From positions 13,420 through 77,419 of the forward strand of contig CAZJAH010000005.1 in the NCBI GenBank assembly GCA_964544155.1: 64,000 nt of DNA, in the 5' to 3' direction. This document shows positions 18,225 through 27,487 of the stretch, one piece after another; the stretch's first letter is position 1; every line of letters begins with the position of its first letter. The notes under the pieces were generated by a model. That model was not told the origin of the DNA, did no database searches, and saw nothing but the letters and a program-made list of their open reading frames with translations. Both the position numbers and the translations under genes were made by a program. This DNA comes from an uncultured Hyphomicrobiales bacterium (GTDB lineage Bacteria > Bacteroidota > Ignavibacteria > Kapaibacteriales > UBA2268).

Positions 18225-20741
18225 TTAAAAAATAATCGATCCGATCTGGAATACCATAAATGACAATAACCACGCCAGGATCGTTGTATAGGCCATGCTG
18301 AACAGTGACCACCTCCAGCCGCCGGCTTCTCTTTTAATGGCAGCGACCACTCCTATACATGGGAAATAAACAAGTATAAATATCATAAAGCTCATAGCTA
18401 CCAAAGGTGTAAATACTTTTTCGCCCTTTCTTCCGCCGTGGAGGTATTCCTGTTCCTGAATTTTCTTTACAAGGGACTGCTCTTCACCCATGGGTTCATC
18501 GGTTGCCTGGTAGAGAACCCCAAGGGTACTAACAACAACTTCTTTTGCCGATACACCGGCTATAAGGCTTATTGTCATTTTCCAATCGAAGCCGAGCGGC
18601 GCCATCAAAGGCTGCACTGCCCTGCCGAGGTGTCCGATGTATGACTGAGACTGCCTCTCTGATTCGGATTCCAGTTTCAGGTCGTTTATTTTTAGTTCTT
18701 TTTCTGCAGCGAGCTCTTCTGCTTTGACAGGCGGAGCTTGCTTTATCATCGCGGAATATTCGGACTTGACCTGTTCAATCTTGCGGTCATATTTCTCCGT
18801 GATTTCAGGATGTCTGGGGAAATAGCCTAATGCCCAGATCACTATCGAAGCCGCTAGTATTACTCCGCCGATTTTTTTTATGTACATTGAAGCCCTGAAC
18901 CACATGTGCCTTAATATCGCGCGGGCTGTTGGAAATCTGTATGGAGGAAGCTCCATTACAAAGGGTATATCCTGCGTTTTGAAAAGTGTTTTATTAAAAA
19001 TGACAGCTGTGATTATAGCAAGAAGCACTCCCGTCAAATAAATACTAAAAAGAATGGTTCCTCTATAATCCACAAAGAACGCACTTATAAAAAGCACATA
19101 AACAGGCAGCCTGGCGCTGCACGACATAAAGGGGTTTATCAATATAGTCAGAAGCCGGTCGCGCTTGCTTTCTATAATCCTTGCCGACATAATTGCCGGC
19201 ACATTGCAACCGAAGCCCATAAGCAGTGGTATGAACGATTTGCCGTGAAGGCCTATCTTGTGCATGGCTTTATCCATTATGAATACGGCTCTTGCCATAT
19301 AGCCGGTATCTTCCATCAGGGATATGAACATATACAGCAAGATAATATTCGGCAGGAATATCAGCACGCCGCCGACACCGCCGATTATTCCGTCAATAAG
19401 CAGGTCTTTGAATAATCCATCGTTTAATATGCTGCCAAAGAATCCGGCGGCAGCGCCTACTCCTGCTTCGATCAGCTGCATTGGCAATTCGCCCAGTGTA
19501 AATGTGGCATAAAATGTCAGCCACATAAAAAAGAGGAATGTGGGTATTCCCCACAGCTTATGTGTAACAATTTTATCGATTACTTCTGATCTTGTAAGCT
19601 TTTCCTCAGGCCTGTGCTCGTATGTTTCCTGAAGCGCTCCCTGAATGAAGCCGTACTTGGCGTCAGTGATGAGAGTCTCGGTATCTTCCCTAAGGTCTTT
19701 TTCAATTTTTTTAATTTCCCGTTCGGCTACGTCAATTATTTCATTGCCGTTCTTTAGGCCGGAAACTTTTTTCTTGACTTCATTGTCTTTTTCGAGCAGT
19801 TTAATGGCAGTGAAGCGGGTAGAATACCTGCTGGTAAATTCAATATTATCTTGATGATTAATTTTATCCTGAATAATACTTATAGAGTTTTCTATCCTGT
19901 GGCCATAATTAATATGTATGTGCCTGACGGTATTGTCTTTACCTTCATAAACCTGTATTATTCTGGCAAATAGTTCCTTTACTCCCTTGCCTTTGCTGCT
20001 GACGGTTGGCACCATGGGAATGCCGAGCATTTTACCCAGTTCCTCATATTTAAATTCGTCGCCCCTCTTTGTAAGTTCGTCGTACATATTAAGCGCGACG
20101 ATCATCTGCAGGTCCATGTCAATGAGCTGAGTAGTCAGGTACATATTCCTTTCCAGGTTGGTAACGTCAACTACATTTACAACCAGATCGGGCATATTCT
20201 CATTTAAGTAATTCCTGACAAATAGCTCTTCGGGTGAATAAGCAGAAATGGAATAAGTCCCGGGCAGATCCACTATGTTAAATGTATATCCGTTCATTTT
20301 AAAAGTAGCCTGCTTGGAATCTACCGTAACGCCACCGTAATTACCGACTCTTTCGCGCGAATGAGACGCGTGGTTGAATAAGGTGGTCTTACCGCTGTTG
20401 GGATTGCCCACGAGTGCGATATTGATGACTTTTTCTTTTTCTCTAGCTCTCTGCTTAAGGAGGTCGCCGTTTTTAAGGCTGAAATTCTTCGATTCTGTTG
20501 GGAATTGTAAGGCTTCTTCGGGCGTAATGATATCTATAAGCTTAGCTTCACTGTTTCGCAAAGAAACATGGTAATCCATGATCTTGTATTCAACGGGGTC
20601 TTTGAGAGGGGCTTCTTTAAGGGATTGTATCTCCCTTCCCGCTATGAAGCCCATCTCAAGGATCCTTTTGCGGAATGCTCCGCGGCCCCGTACTTTTGTG
20701 ATTATCGCTTTTTCGCCTTTATTCAGGTCATAAAGTGTCAT
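18225..20741 (-). CDS. feoB: Ferrous iron transporter, FeoA-FeoB fusion
   Basis: N-terminal FeoA (RKRILEMGF...APLKDP), GNPNSGKT, VGNYGGVTVD, DLPG, NMYD, GFGCNVPA, FMSCSARLPVY, YFPC. Confidence 0.95.
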   Translation of the reverse strand: MTLYDLNKGEKAIITKVRGRGAFRKRILEMGFIAGREIQSLKEAPLKDPVEYKIMDYHVSLRNSEAKLIDIITPEEALQFPTESKNFSLKNGDLLKQRAREKEKVINIALVGNPNSGKTTLFNHASHSRERVGNYGGVTVDSKQATFKMNGYTFNIVDLPGTYSISAYSPEELFVRNYLNENMPDLVVNVVDVTNLERNMYLTTQLIDMDLQMIVALNMYDELTKRGDEFKYEELGKMLGIPMVPTVSSKGKGVKELFARIIQVYEGKDNTVRHIHINYGHRIENSISIIQDKINHQDNIEFTSRYSTRFTAIKLLEKDNEVKKKVSGLKNGNEIIDVAEREIKKIEKDLREDTETLITDAKYGFIQGALQETYEHRPEEKLTRSEVIDKIVTHKLWGIPTFLFFMWLTFYATFTLGELPMQLIEAGVGAAAGFFGSILNDGLFKDLLIDGIIGGVGGVLIFLPNIILLYMFISLMEDTGYMARAVFIMDKAMHKIGLHGKSFIPLLMGFGCNVPAIMSARIIESKRDRLLTILINPFMSCSARLPVYVLFISAFFVDYRGTILFSIYLTGVLLAIITAVIFNKTLFKTQDIPFVMELPPYRFPTARAILRHMWFRASMYIKKIGGVILAASIVIWALGYFPRHPEITEKYDRKIEQVKSEYSAMIKQAPPVKAEELAAEKELKINDLKLESESERQSQSYIGHLGRAVQPLMAPLGFDWKMTISLIAGVSAKEVVVSTLGVLYQATDEPMGEEQSLVKKIQEQEYLHGGRKGEKVFTPLVAMSFMIFILVYFPCIGVVAAIKREAGGWRWSLFSMAYTTILAWLLSFMVFQIGSIIF

Positions 20742-20787
20742 TTTATCTAATTCGCTTTTCTTTTTTAAGTCTAAACGTTAATATTAC

Positions 20788-20803
20788 TTTAGGATTATCT
20801 AAT
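20788..20803. promoter_or_regulatory. Putative DtxR/MntR operator upstream of feoAB
   Basis: TTTAG-GATTAT-CTAAT, about 47 bp upstream of the start codon. Confidence 0.6.
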
Positions 20804-20874
20804 AAGCAAGATAGATAAAACTAACACAATCAAAAAATAATTTTTTTTAATGTAATCAAAATGTTGTTTATTTT

Positions 20875-23169
20875 TTACATTTCAGTTTTTATGCCTATGT
20901 AGTAAGTTCTGGGCAGATCCGGGCCGTATATATAGCCGGCATCACGGTTCATGCCTTTATCGAAATCATCCTGATAGCTGTTCAGGAAATTAAGTACGCC
21001 TAAAGTCATAGAAATATTAGGCGCGGAATATATTCTGTATGTTACCTTAGCGTCAAGATCGAGAAAAGTACCTGACCTTTCGAGCACGTCGGAAGCCACT
21101 ACATTACCCTGTGGATCCAATCCGCCGGCATAATGAGGCACATACATCGGGCCGGTCAGCACAGCCGAAATATCAAGCAGAAGTTTTTCATTTGCTTTAT
21201 ATGAAGCATTCATATAGCCATACCAGTCAGGTGAACGGAGTATATTCTCGCTGGCGGGGGCGTCTTCCGACCATGCCTCGGGGCTGTCATATATACCCTG
21301 CTGATAGGTAAATCCAGACATAAGGCTGAATTTATCACTCAGCATTGCCTTCATTTCAAGTGTTGTTCCCGAAACGGTTGCTCCTTCGCCATTCCTCCTT
21401 TCGAGTATTGTTCCTTCGGTGGTAGCGTCAATTTCGACATCGACGAATACATCTTCAAGCCTTGTATAGAAGTATTCAGCCGAAATACTCAAAGGCAGCC
21501 CGAAAAGATTGTTCGACCAATCGGCGCTGAATGTTAGGCTTTTGGAGTATTCAGGCCTGAGTCCTTCACCAACGGTTATGTAATAAGGCTCGGCATTTAC
21601 AAATCCAATGTGGAGGTCTTCATCGAATGCCTGCGGCGCTCTGAAACCGGTTGAATAGCTTGATCTCAGGTTTATCCGGCTGTTCATTTTATAGAGCAGG
21701 TTTACCCTTGGGCTAAAGATAACATCTTCAATCTTGTTATGCTTATCTACCCTGCCACCATAAAGCAGGCAGAATTTACTGAAATCCCAGTCATCCTGCA
21801 GGTAAAATCCGTGTGAAATCGATTCCTGATCAATAAACCTGTCATAAGCCGGATAGTTATCCTCAATATGATCGGCAGTGTATTCATAGCCCATAGTTAT
21901 AACATGCCCTCCTGCAAGATTTTCAATAACGTGCGAATAAAGGGCTCCGGCTGCCAGTGTATTATTATCTGTTGTTCCATAAGCATTTATATCCTGTCCT
22001 GCTCCGTAATAAGAATCCCTGATGGTGGCCTGATATGATGCATAGGCATTAATCTTATTTTTACCTTCATTAATAAACCTTTCATAGTTTATGCCGCCTG
22101 AATATGTTTTATGAGCAGCGGCTTCGGATATGTTTGCCTGGTGGGGCTGAAGATCGAATGCATCCCCTCCCCGCCTGTCGTCAAATACAGTAGAGACGTC
22201 TAATGTAAATTTTGAGATATGGTCCGGCTTATAGAACATTTTTCCGCCGAAAGTATTTACTGTTAATTCTGCTATTTCAGAAAAGCCGTCATCATTTGCA
22301 TCATAATGTTCTCTTTCGCGGTGAAGCCCATAAAGGAAAAGCCCGTACTTCTGCTCGCTGTCAACAATTGTAGATGATATTTGTATTATTCCGTCATTTG
22401 CTGTTCCGCCTACAAAGGAATTCTTATATGAAGCCTGGAAAGTGTTCTGTGATGGCTCTTTTGTTATGATATTAACCACACCGCTGACAGCGCTCGGCCC
22501 GTATAATGAAGATCCGCCGCCGCGTACAACTTCCACTCTGTCTATCATGTTCGCCGGTATCTGCTCCAGTCCGTAAACCGACAGCAATGATGAGAAAACA
22601 GGGCGGCTGTTTATCAATACCTGTGAATACTGGCCGTCGAGGCCATTTAGCCTTATGCTGTTAACTCCGCAATTCTGGCAGGTATTCTCAATTCTAAGCC
22701 CGGGCTGGAAACGAATACCTTCTTTCAGGCTTCCGGTTGCAGTTGAGCTGAAAACCAGATCGTCAACAACAGATATTTTAACAGGTACATCATCGTAAAG
22801 CTTTTCGGTTCGTGTACCGGTTATAACTACCTCTTCTGTTTGAGAAACAGATTCCAATAATGTTACCTCAAGCTCGGCGTCAAAAATTTCTTCCGATTTT
22901 ACAGTATCGATAAATCGGGTGAACCCAACAGAGGTGATCTGCAAAATCTGTCTTCCCGCGGGAACATTTTTTATCTCGAATTCACCGTTTTTATCGGCAA
23001 CATCGCCTAATACGGTTTTATCTATTCTGACGCTGGCGCCGGCAACTGGCTTGCCTTCAGCATTTTTTACTTTACCTTTTATGGAGAAATTCGTTCCGGC
23101 GAATGATACGGATCCCGCCATAATGAGGCACAATAATGCCACACTTGATTGATATAATAGAGTTTTCAT
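20875..23169 (-). CDS. TonB-dependent receptor with N-terminal carboxypeptidase-like domain (metal/siderophore uptake)
   Basis: EEVVITGTR TonB box, plug CQNCG...IRLNGL...IDRVEVVRGGGSSLYG, GFRAPQAFDEDLH, C-terminal PRTYYIGIK. Confidence 0.92.
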   Translation of the reverse strand: MKTLLYQSSVALLCLIMAGSVSFAGTNFSIKGKVKNAEGKPVAGASVRIDKTVLGDVADKNGEFEIKNVPAGRQILQITSVGFTRFIDTVKSEEIFDAELEVTLLESVSQTEEVVITGTRTEKLYDDVPVKISVVDDLVFSSTATGSLKEGIRFQPGLRIENTCQNCGVNSIRLNGLDGQYSQVLINSRPVFSSLLSVYGLEQIPANMIDRVEVVRGGGSSLYGPSAVSGVVNIITKEPSQNTFQASYKNSFVGGTANDGIIQISSTIVDSEQKYGLFLYGLHREREHYDANDDGFSEIAELTVNTFGGKMFYKPDHISKFTLDVSTVFDDRRGGDAFDLQPHQANISEAAAHKTYSGGINYERFINEGKNKINAYASYQATIRDSYYGAGQDINAYGTTDNNTLAAGALYSHVIENLAGGHVITMGYEYTADHIEDNYPAYDRFIDQESISHGFYLQDDWDFSKFCLLYGGRVDKHNKIEDVIFSPRVNLLYKMNSRINLRSSYSTGFRAPQAFDEDLHIGFVNAEPYYITVGEGLRPEYSKSLTFSADWSNNLFGLPLSISAEYFYTRLEDVFVDVEIDATTEGTILERRNGEGATVSGTTLEMKAMLSDKFSLMSGFTYQQGIYDSPEAWSEDAPASENILRSPDWYGYMNASYKANEKLLLDISAVLTGPMYVPHYAGGLDPQGNVVASDVLERSGTFLDLDAKVTYRIYSAPNISMTLGVLNFLNSYQDDFDKGMNRDAGYIYGPDLPRTYYIGIKTEM

Positions 23170-23211
23170 TTTTAGTCCGGTTATTTACGTTAAAAACAAT
23201 TTAATTTGAAT

Positions 23212-23580
23212 TTATTGAAACTGGATATACAATGAAAACGCAGGCGGTGCCCTCTCCTGAGTAAATATATTCTTGAGTAATGATTTGCAACTGACTGAGT
23301 CAGAAAAAAAATGCTTATAAACAAATTTGATATTCACCGAACAATTTTCCGGCAAAATAGCTATATTGAAAATTTTATCGAGAAGATTGAAAAAATTAAA
23401 CTCATTTTCCGAATGGAAATGCCCCTTGCCTTCTGAACCTATATCATCATAGAAATGAGAATGTGCTACAATCTGGCCGTTTGGAAGTATATGAAAATGC
23501 ATGTTTTTAAGATTAGCGTAACCCCCTGCTGTTATAAGCAGTATCAAAAAGGCAGCAATATGTTGATTAAGTTGTTTCAT
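23212..23580 (-). CDS. His-rich small protein with N-terminal hydrophobic segment and C-terminal RAPP motif (candidate arrest-peptide upstream ORF)
   Basis: IAAFLILLITAGG, HFH/HSH/HFH, ERAPPA near the C-terminus; ends 42 bp upstream of the TonB receptor. Confidence 0.72.
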   Translation of the reverse strand: MKQLNQHIAAFLILLITAGGYANLKNMHFHILPNGQIVAHSHFYDDIGSEGKGHFHSENEFNFFNLLDKIFNIAILPENCSVNIKFVYKHFFSDSVSCKSLLKNIFTQERAPPAFSLYIQFQ

Positions 23581-23613
23581 AAATAAAATTGTTTGCTAAT
23601 CTTACAGTTCTAA

Positions 23614-23629
23614 TTTAGTGATAACTAAA
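23614..23629. promoter_or_regulatory. Putative DtxR/MntR operator upstream of the RAPP ORF-TonB receptor unit (also upstream of the divergent sufC-like gene)
   Basis: TTTAG-TGATAA-CTAAA palindrome, 34 bp from the start codon at 23580. Confidence 0.65.
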
Positions 23630-23745
23630 GAATTTAAAAATTAATTTTTAGTTATGTAATCATTGTGTTGTTTCAACTGATAGTTTGTTATTTCCCTGCT
23701 TTTTCATAATATTGTTCATTCGATTTTTATAAAAAGGAAAAGCAT

Positions 23746-24507
23746 ATGGGCAGGCTTCAGTTAAAGGATATTAAAATAAAATTAGGCGAGAAACAAGTAC
23801 TCAACGGAGTAACCATCGATCTGTGGGACGGGCACATTCACGCCATAGTAGGCCCGAACGGCGCCGGTAAATCGACTCTTGCTTCTATTATAATGGGCAG
23901 GGAAGGCTACCGGCATTTCGAAGGCGACATAATTTTTGACGGAGTATCAATCAGGGATGTTCCCATAGATGAAAGGGCTCGGCTCGGGATAACTATGGCC
24001 TGGCAGGAACCCGCCAGGTACGAAGGCCTTAGCGTCAAGGCTTTCATAATGGCGGCCGCAAAAAAGAAAACTAATGAAGTTGTGGATAGCGCACTTGAAA
24101 CCGTTGGGCTGGATCCGGAAAAATACCGAAACAGATCTGTTGATAAAACACTCAGCGGCGGCGAAAGAAAAAAAATCGAGCTGGCATCTATACTTGTTAT
24201 GGAACCGGCAATAGTTATGCTCGATGAACCGGATTCAGGAATAGATGTGGCTTCCCTGATAAAGATTTTCGATGTGATGAGAATTTTGAAAGATAAAGGC
24301 AGTACCATCGTATTAATTACTCACAGCGAAACCGTTCTTAAAGAAGCCGAACATGCTTTTCTGCTTTGCAACGGCAAACTGTTAAAAAAAGGCGTAACAG
24401 ATTCCATTCACTCATATTTTGTGGATGTCTGCGACAGTTGTGATCATCAGAATGAACCAAGAATAGAAGAATTAACCGGAGAAAGTGAAAACAATGGCTC
24501 TAATTGA
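23746..24507 (+). CDS. sufC: SufC-like ABC ATPase (SmsC of the SUF-like minimal system)
   Basis: GPNGAGKST, ERARLGITMAWQEPARYEG, LSGGE, LDEPDSGID, ITH, C-terminal CDSCDH. Confidence 0.85.
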   Translation: MGRLQLKDIKIKLGEKQVLNGVTIDLWDGHIHAIVGPNGAGKSTLASIIMGREGYRHFEGDIIFDGVSIRDVPIDERARLGITMAWQEPARYEGLSVKAFIMAAAKKKTNEVVDSALETVGLDPEKYRNRSVDKTLSGGERKKIELASILVMEPAIVMLDEPDSGIDVASLIKIFDVMRILKDKGSTIVLITHSETVLKEAEHAFLLCNGKLLKKGVTDSIHSYFVDVCDSCDHQNEPRIEELTGESENNGSN

Positions 24508-25429
24508 CCTTCAAAATGAAATGCTGCATACGGCTGAATTAAGCCGGCATGCTATAGATGACCCGGATACTGCTTATTTATCCGTTCACCTTAATAAAGT
24601 TACCGGATCAAGGCTGGTGCCGGGATTTCATGTAGATACTAAAGAACTTGAAGACGGCATCCGGGCGGATATCACTCTTGATGAAGGAGTAATAATTCCT
24701 AAAACCGTCCATATGTGCTTTGGAGTTATGCCGGAAACAGGCGTGCAGAGGATCATCATGAATGTGCTGCTTAAGAAAAATTCCTCAATATCGATCAGAG
24801 CGCATTGCGTATTCCCCAACGCGCTCGATATTATCCACAAAATGGATGCTGAAATAATATTGGAAGAAGGCGCGAAATATCATTACGAAGAAACACATGT
24901 GCACGGTAATACCGGCGGCATTCAGGTTATACCCAAAGCAATTGTCACTTTAGGGAAAAATGCTAAATTTAAAACAGATTTTAACCTGCTGGAAGGCCGC
25001 GTAGGCAAAATCGATATTGACTACCATACAGACTGCGGCGAAGGCTCTGTGCTCGAAATGAATGCTCGAATATACGGCAAAGCGGATGATTATATTAAAA
25101 TAAGCGAAAGCGGCGCTCTGCTGGGAAAAAATTCAAGAGGTGTGCTGACTTCTTACATTGCTGTCAGGGACAACGCTAAAGCAGAAATTTATAATAAGCT
25201 CACTGCGAACGCTCCCGGAGCCAGAGGCCATGTGGACTGCAAGGAGATCATAAAAGATAACGCCACGGCTCAGGCTGTGCCGGTTGTAGAAGTAAATAAC
25301 CCCAAAGCCCACATCACTCATGAAGCCGCTCTGGGAGCTGTTGACAGCCGCCAGCTGGAAACACTTATGGCTCGCGGGCTTAACGAAGATGAGGCCACAG
25401 ACCTTATCATCAGCGGGCTTTTATCGTAA
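24485..25429 (+). CDS. sufB: SufB/SufD-family scaffold (SmsB)
   Basis: VHMCFG, HCVFP, ARGHVDCKEI, AHITHEAALGAVD, LMARGLNEDEA; alternative ATG at 24494. Confidence 0.85.
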   Translation: MKTMALIDLQNEMLHTAELSRHAIDDPDTAYLSVHLNKVTGSRLVPGFHVDTKELEDGIRADITLDEGVIIPKTVHMCFGVMPETGVQRIIMNVLLKKNSSISIRAHCVFPNALDIIHKMDAEIILEEGAKYHYEETHVHGNTGGIQVIPKAIVTLGKNAKFKTDFNLLEGRVGKIDIDYHTDCGEGSVLEMNARIYGKADDYIKISESGALLGKNSRGVLTSYIAVRDNAKAEIYNKLTANAPGARGHVDCKEIIKDNATAQAVPVVEVNNPKAHITHEAALGAVDSRQLETLMARGLNEDEATDLIISGLLS

Positions 25430-25456
25430 ATCTGTTTAAAAATAATATTTAATATT

Positions 25457-25486
25457 AAACCGTACTAAGAAGTACGGTTTTTTTTT
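25457..25486 (+). terminator. Intrinsic terminator after the SufB-like gene
   Basis: AAACCGTACT-AAGA-AGTACGGTTT followed by a T run. Confidence 0.85.
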
Positions 25487-25518
25487 AATCATTAATAATA
25501 ATCATTAATAGATAATAA

Positions 25519-27459
25519 ATGGTTCCGCATCTTTTAACAGAGATAGTCATAATATTCGGCGTATCGCTCCTAGTAGTCCTGATATTTAATAAACTAAAGT
25601 TACCACCAATTGTAGGCTTTCTATTAACGGGTATAATAGCAGGCCCTCACGGTTTCAAGCTTGTATCCGCGATCCATGAAGTCGAGGTGCTTGCAGAGAT
25701 AGGCGTAATACTTATACTTTTTTCAATCGGGATAGAATTCTCATTCACTAAATTGATGCGGATTAAGAAGAATATCTTTATCGGCGGCTCGGTACAGGTA
25801 CTTACAACAATAGTCATAGTTTATATAGTGGCTTGGCAAACAGGTTTTGACCCTAATATTTCAGTATTTCTGGGCTTCCTGGTGGCGCTTAGCAGTACCG
25901 CGCTTGTACTGAAGCTTTATTTAAGCAAAAGCCTTATTGATTCGCCGCAGGGCAAAATTTCGCTTAGTGTTCTTATTTATCAGGATATAGCCGTGCTGCC
26001 GATGTTCCTGCTTGTTCCTATACTCGCGGGCACAGGGGCAGATACAGGCGCATCAATATTGAACCTGCTGCTAAAAGTTGCCGCTATACTTGTCTTTCTA
26101 TTTGTTACCATAAGGTACGTAATGCCCAGGCTAATGTACTTTATAACAAAGACAGGAATAAGAGAGCTCTTCCTGCTGAGCATATTGCTTATATGTTTTA
26201 GTATTGTATGGCTTTCTTCATTGATGGGAATATCGCTGGCATTGGGAGCATTCCTCGCCGGAATCATAATATCCGAAACGGAATACAGCCATGAAGCTCT
26301 AAGCTTTATAGAGCCTCTCAGAGATGTTTTCGCGAGCTTCTTCTTTGTTTCTATCGGTATGCTGCTCAATCTTTCGTATTTTGCTGATAATATCCCCTTC
26401 ATACTTTCTTTGTCAGCAGGATTGATTATCCTCAAAGCGTTAACGGCAACAGCCGCGGCAAAGGTACTTGGTTTCCCATGGCGGATTTCGGTGATGGCCG
26501 GTTTATCGCTGGCGCAGATCGGTGAGTTTTCTTTCGTTCTCATGCAGGTAGGTTTAGATGTCGGACTTCTTGAAGGAAGTATTTACCAGAATTTCCTGGC
26601 GGCCTCAGTTATTTCACTGGCAGCGACACCTTTTATGTTTAACTTTGCGCCGAAAATTGCCTCTGTATTCAGGGATATACGGGAATTACCCAAAGAACCG
26701 GTAAGTTCTGAAGGGCACATTATTATTATCGGATACGGCCTGAACGGGAGGAATATTTCTCACGCCGCAGAATATGCGGGTATAAAATATACAGTCATTG
26801 AAGTCAATCCGATGACGGTAAGGCAGGAAAAAGCCAAAGGAGTAAATATAATTTACGGCGACGCTACCAATGAAACTATACTGCATGCAGCAGGCATCGA
26901 AAAAGCGCGAATAGTGGTATCTACTATTCCCGATCCAAGCTCTGACCGCAGAATTACGCAGCTTGCCAAAAGAATGAACCCCGAAGTTCATTTGATTATC
27001 AGAACAAGATATATTTCCGAGGTTGATGAACTTTATAAACTTGGCGCCGATGAAGTTATTCCCGAAGAATTTGAAACTTCGCTCGAAATTTTCGTGCGCG
27101 TACTGAACAAATACATGATACCTCGCGATGAAATCAATAAACTTGTATCCGATCTTAGGCAGAGCGGTTATAAAAGATTCCGCGATAAGCCCGGCACCAA
27201 GGATTTCAGCAGCCTGGCATTTCACGCTCCTGATCACGATATCAGCTCATTTAAAGTTAAGGCGGGTTCGTTCGCAGAGGGTTCCAGCATTAAAGAGTTA
27301 GCCGTCAGAGAAAAGTATAATGTTACAATACTTGCCGTCAAAAAGAACAGCAATGTGAACCCCAATCCCGGCCCGGACGAGAAATTAAATGAAAACGACC
27401 TGCTTATTGTTTACGGCAGGCCGGAAGATATTAATAAATTCTCAGGCCTGCTGGAATAA
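25519..27459 (+). CDS. CPA2/Kef-type K+/H+ antiporter with TrkA-N and TrkA-C domains
   Basis: LAEIGV, ALSSTA, QD, LGAFLAG, AQIGEFSFV, IIGYGLNG, YGDA. Confidence 0.92.
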   Translation: MVPHLLTEIVIIFGVSLLVVLIFNKLKLPPIVGFLLTGIIAGPHGFKLVSAIHEVEVLAEIGVILILFSIGIEFSFTKLMRIKKNIFIGGSVQVLTTIVIVYIVAWQTGFDPNISVFLGFLVALSSTALVLKLYLSKSLIDSPQGKISLSVLIYQDIAVLPMFLLVPILAGTGADTGASILNLLLKVAAILVFLFVTIRYVMPRLMYFITKTGIRELFLLSILLICFSIVWLSSLMGISLALGAFLAGIIISETEYSHEALSFIEPLRDVFASFFFVSIGMLLNLSYFADNIPFILSLSAGLIILKALTATAAAKVLGFPWRISVMAGLSLAQIGEFSFVLMQVGLDVGLLEGSIYQNFLAASVISLAATPFMFNFAPKIASVFRDIRELPKEPVSSEGHIIIIGYGLNGRNISHAAEYAGIKYTVIEVNPMTVRQEKAKGVNIIYGDATNETILHAAGIEKARIVVSTIPDPSSDRRITQLAKRMNPEVHLIIRTRYISEVDELYKLGADEVIPEEFETSLEIFVRVLNKYMIPRDEINKLVSDLRQSGYKRFRDKPGTKDFSSLAFHAPDHDISSFKVKAGSFAEGSSIKELAVREKYNVTILAVKKNSNVNPNPGPDEKLNENDLLIVYGRPEDINKFSGLLE

Positions 27460-27487
27460 TTTATTCTTTGCCGCGGCCAAATAAAAT

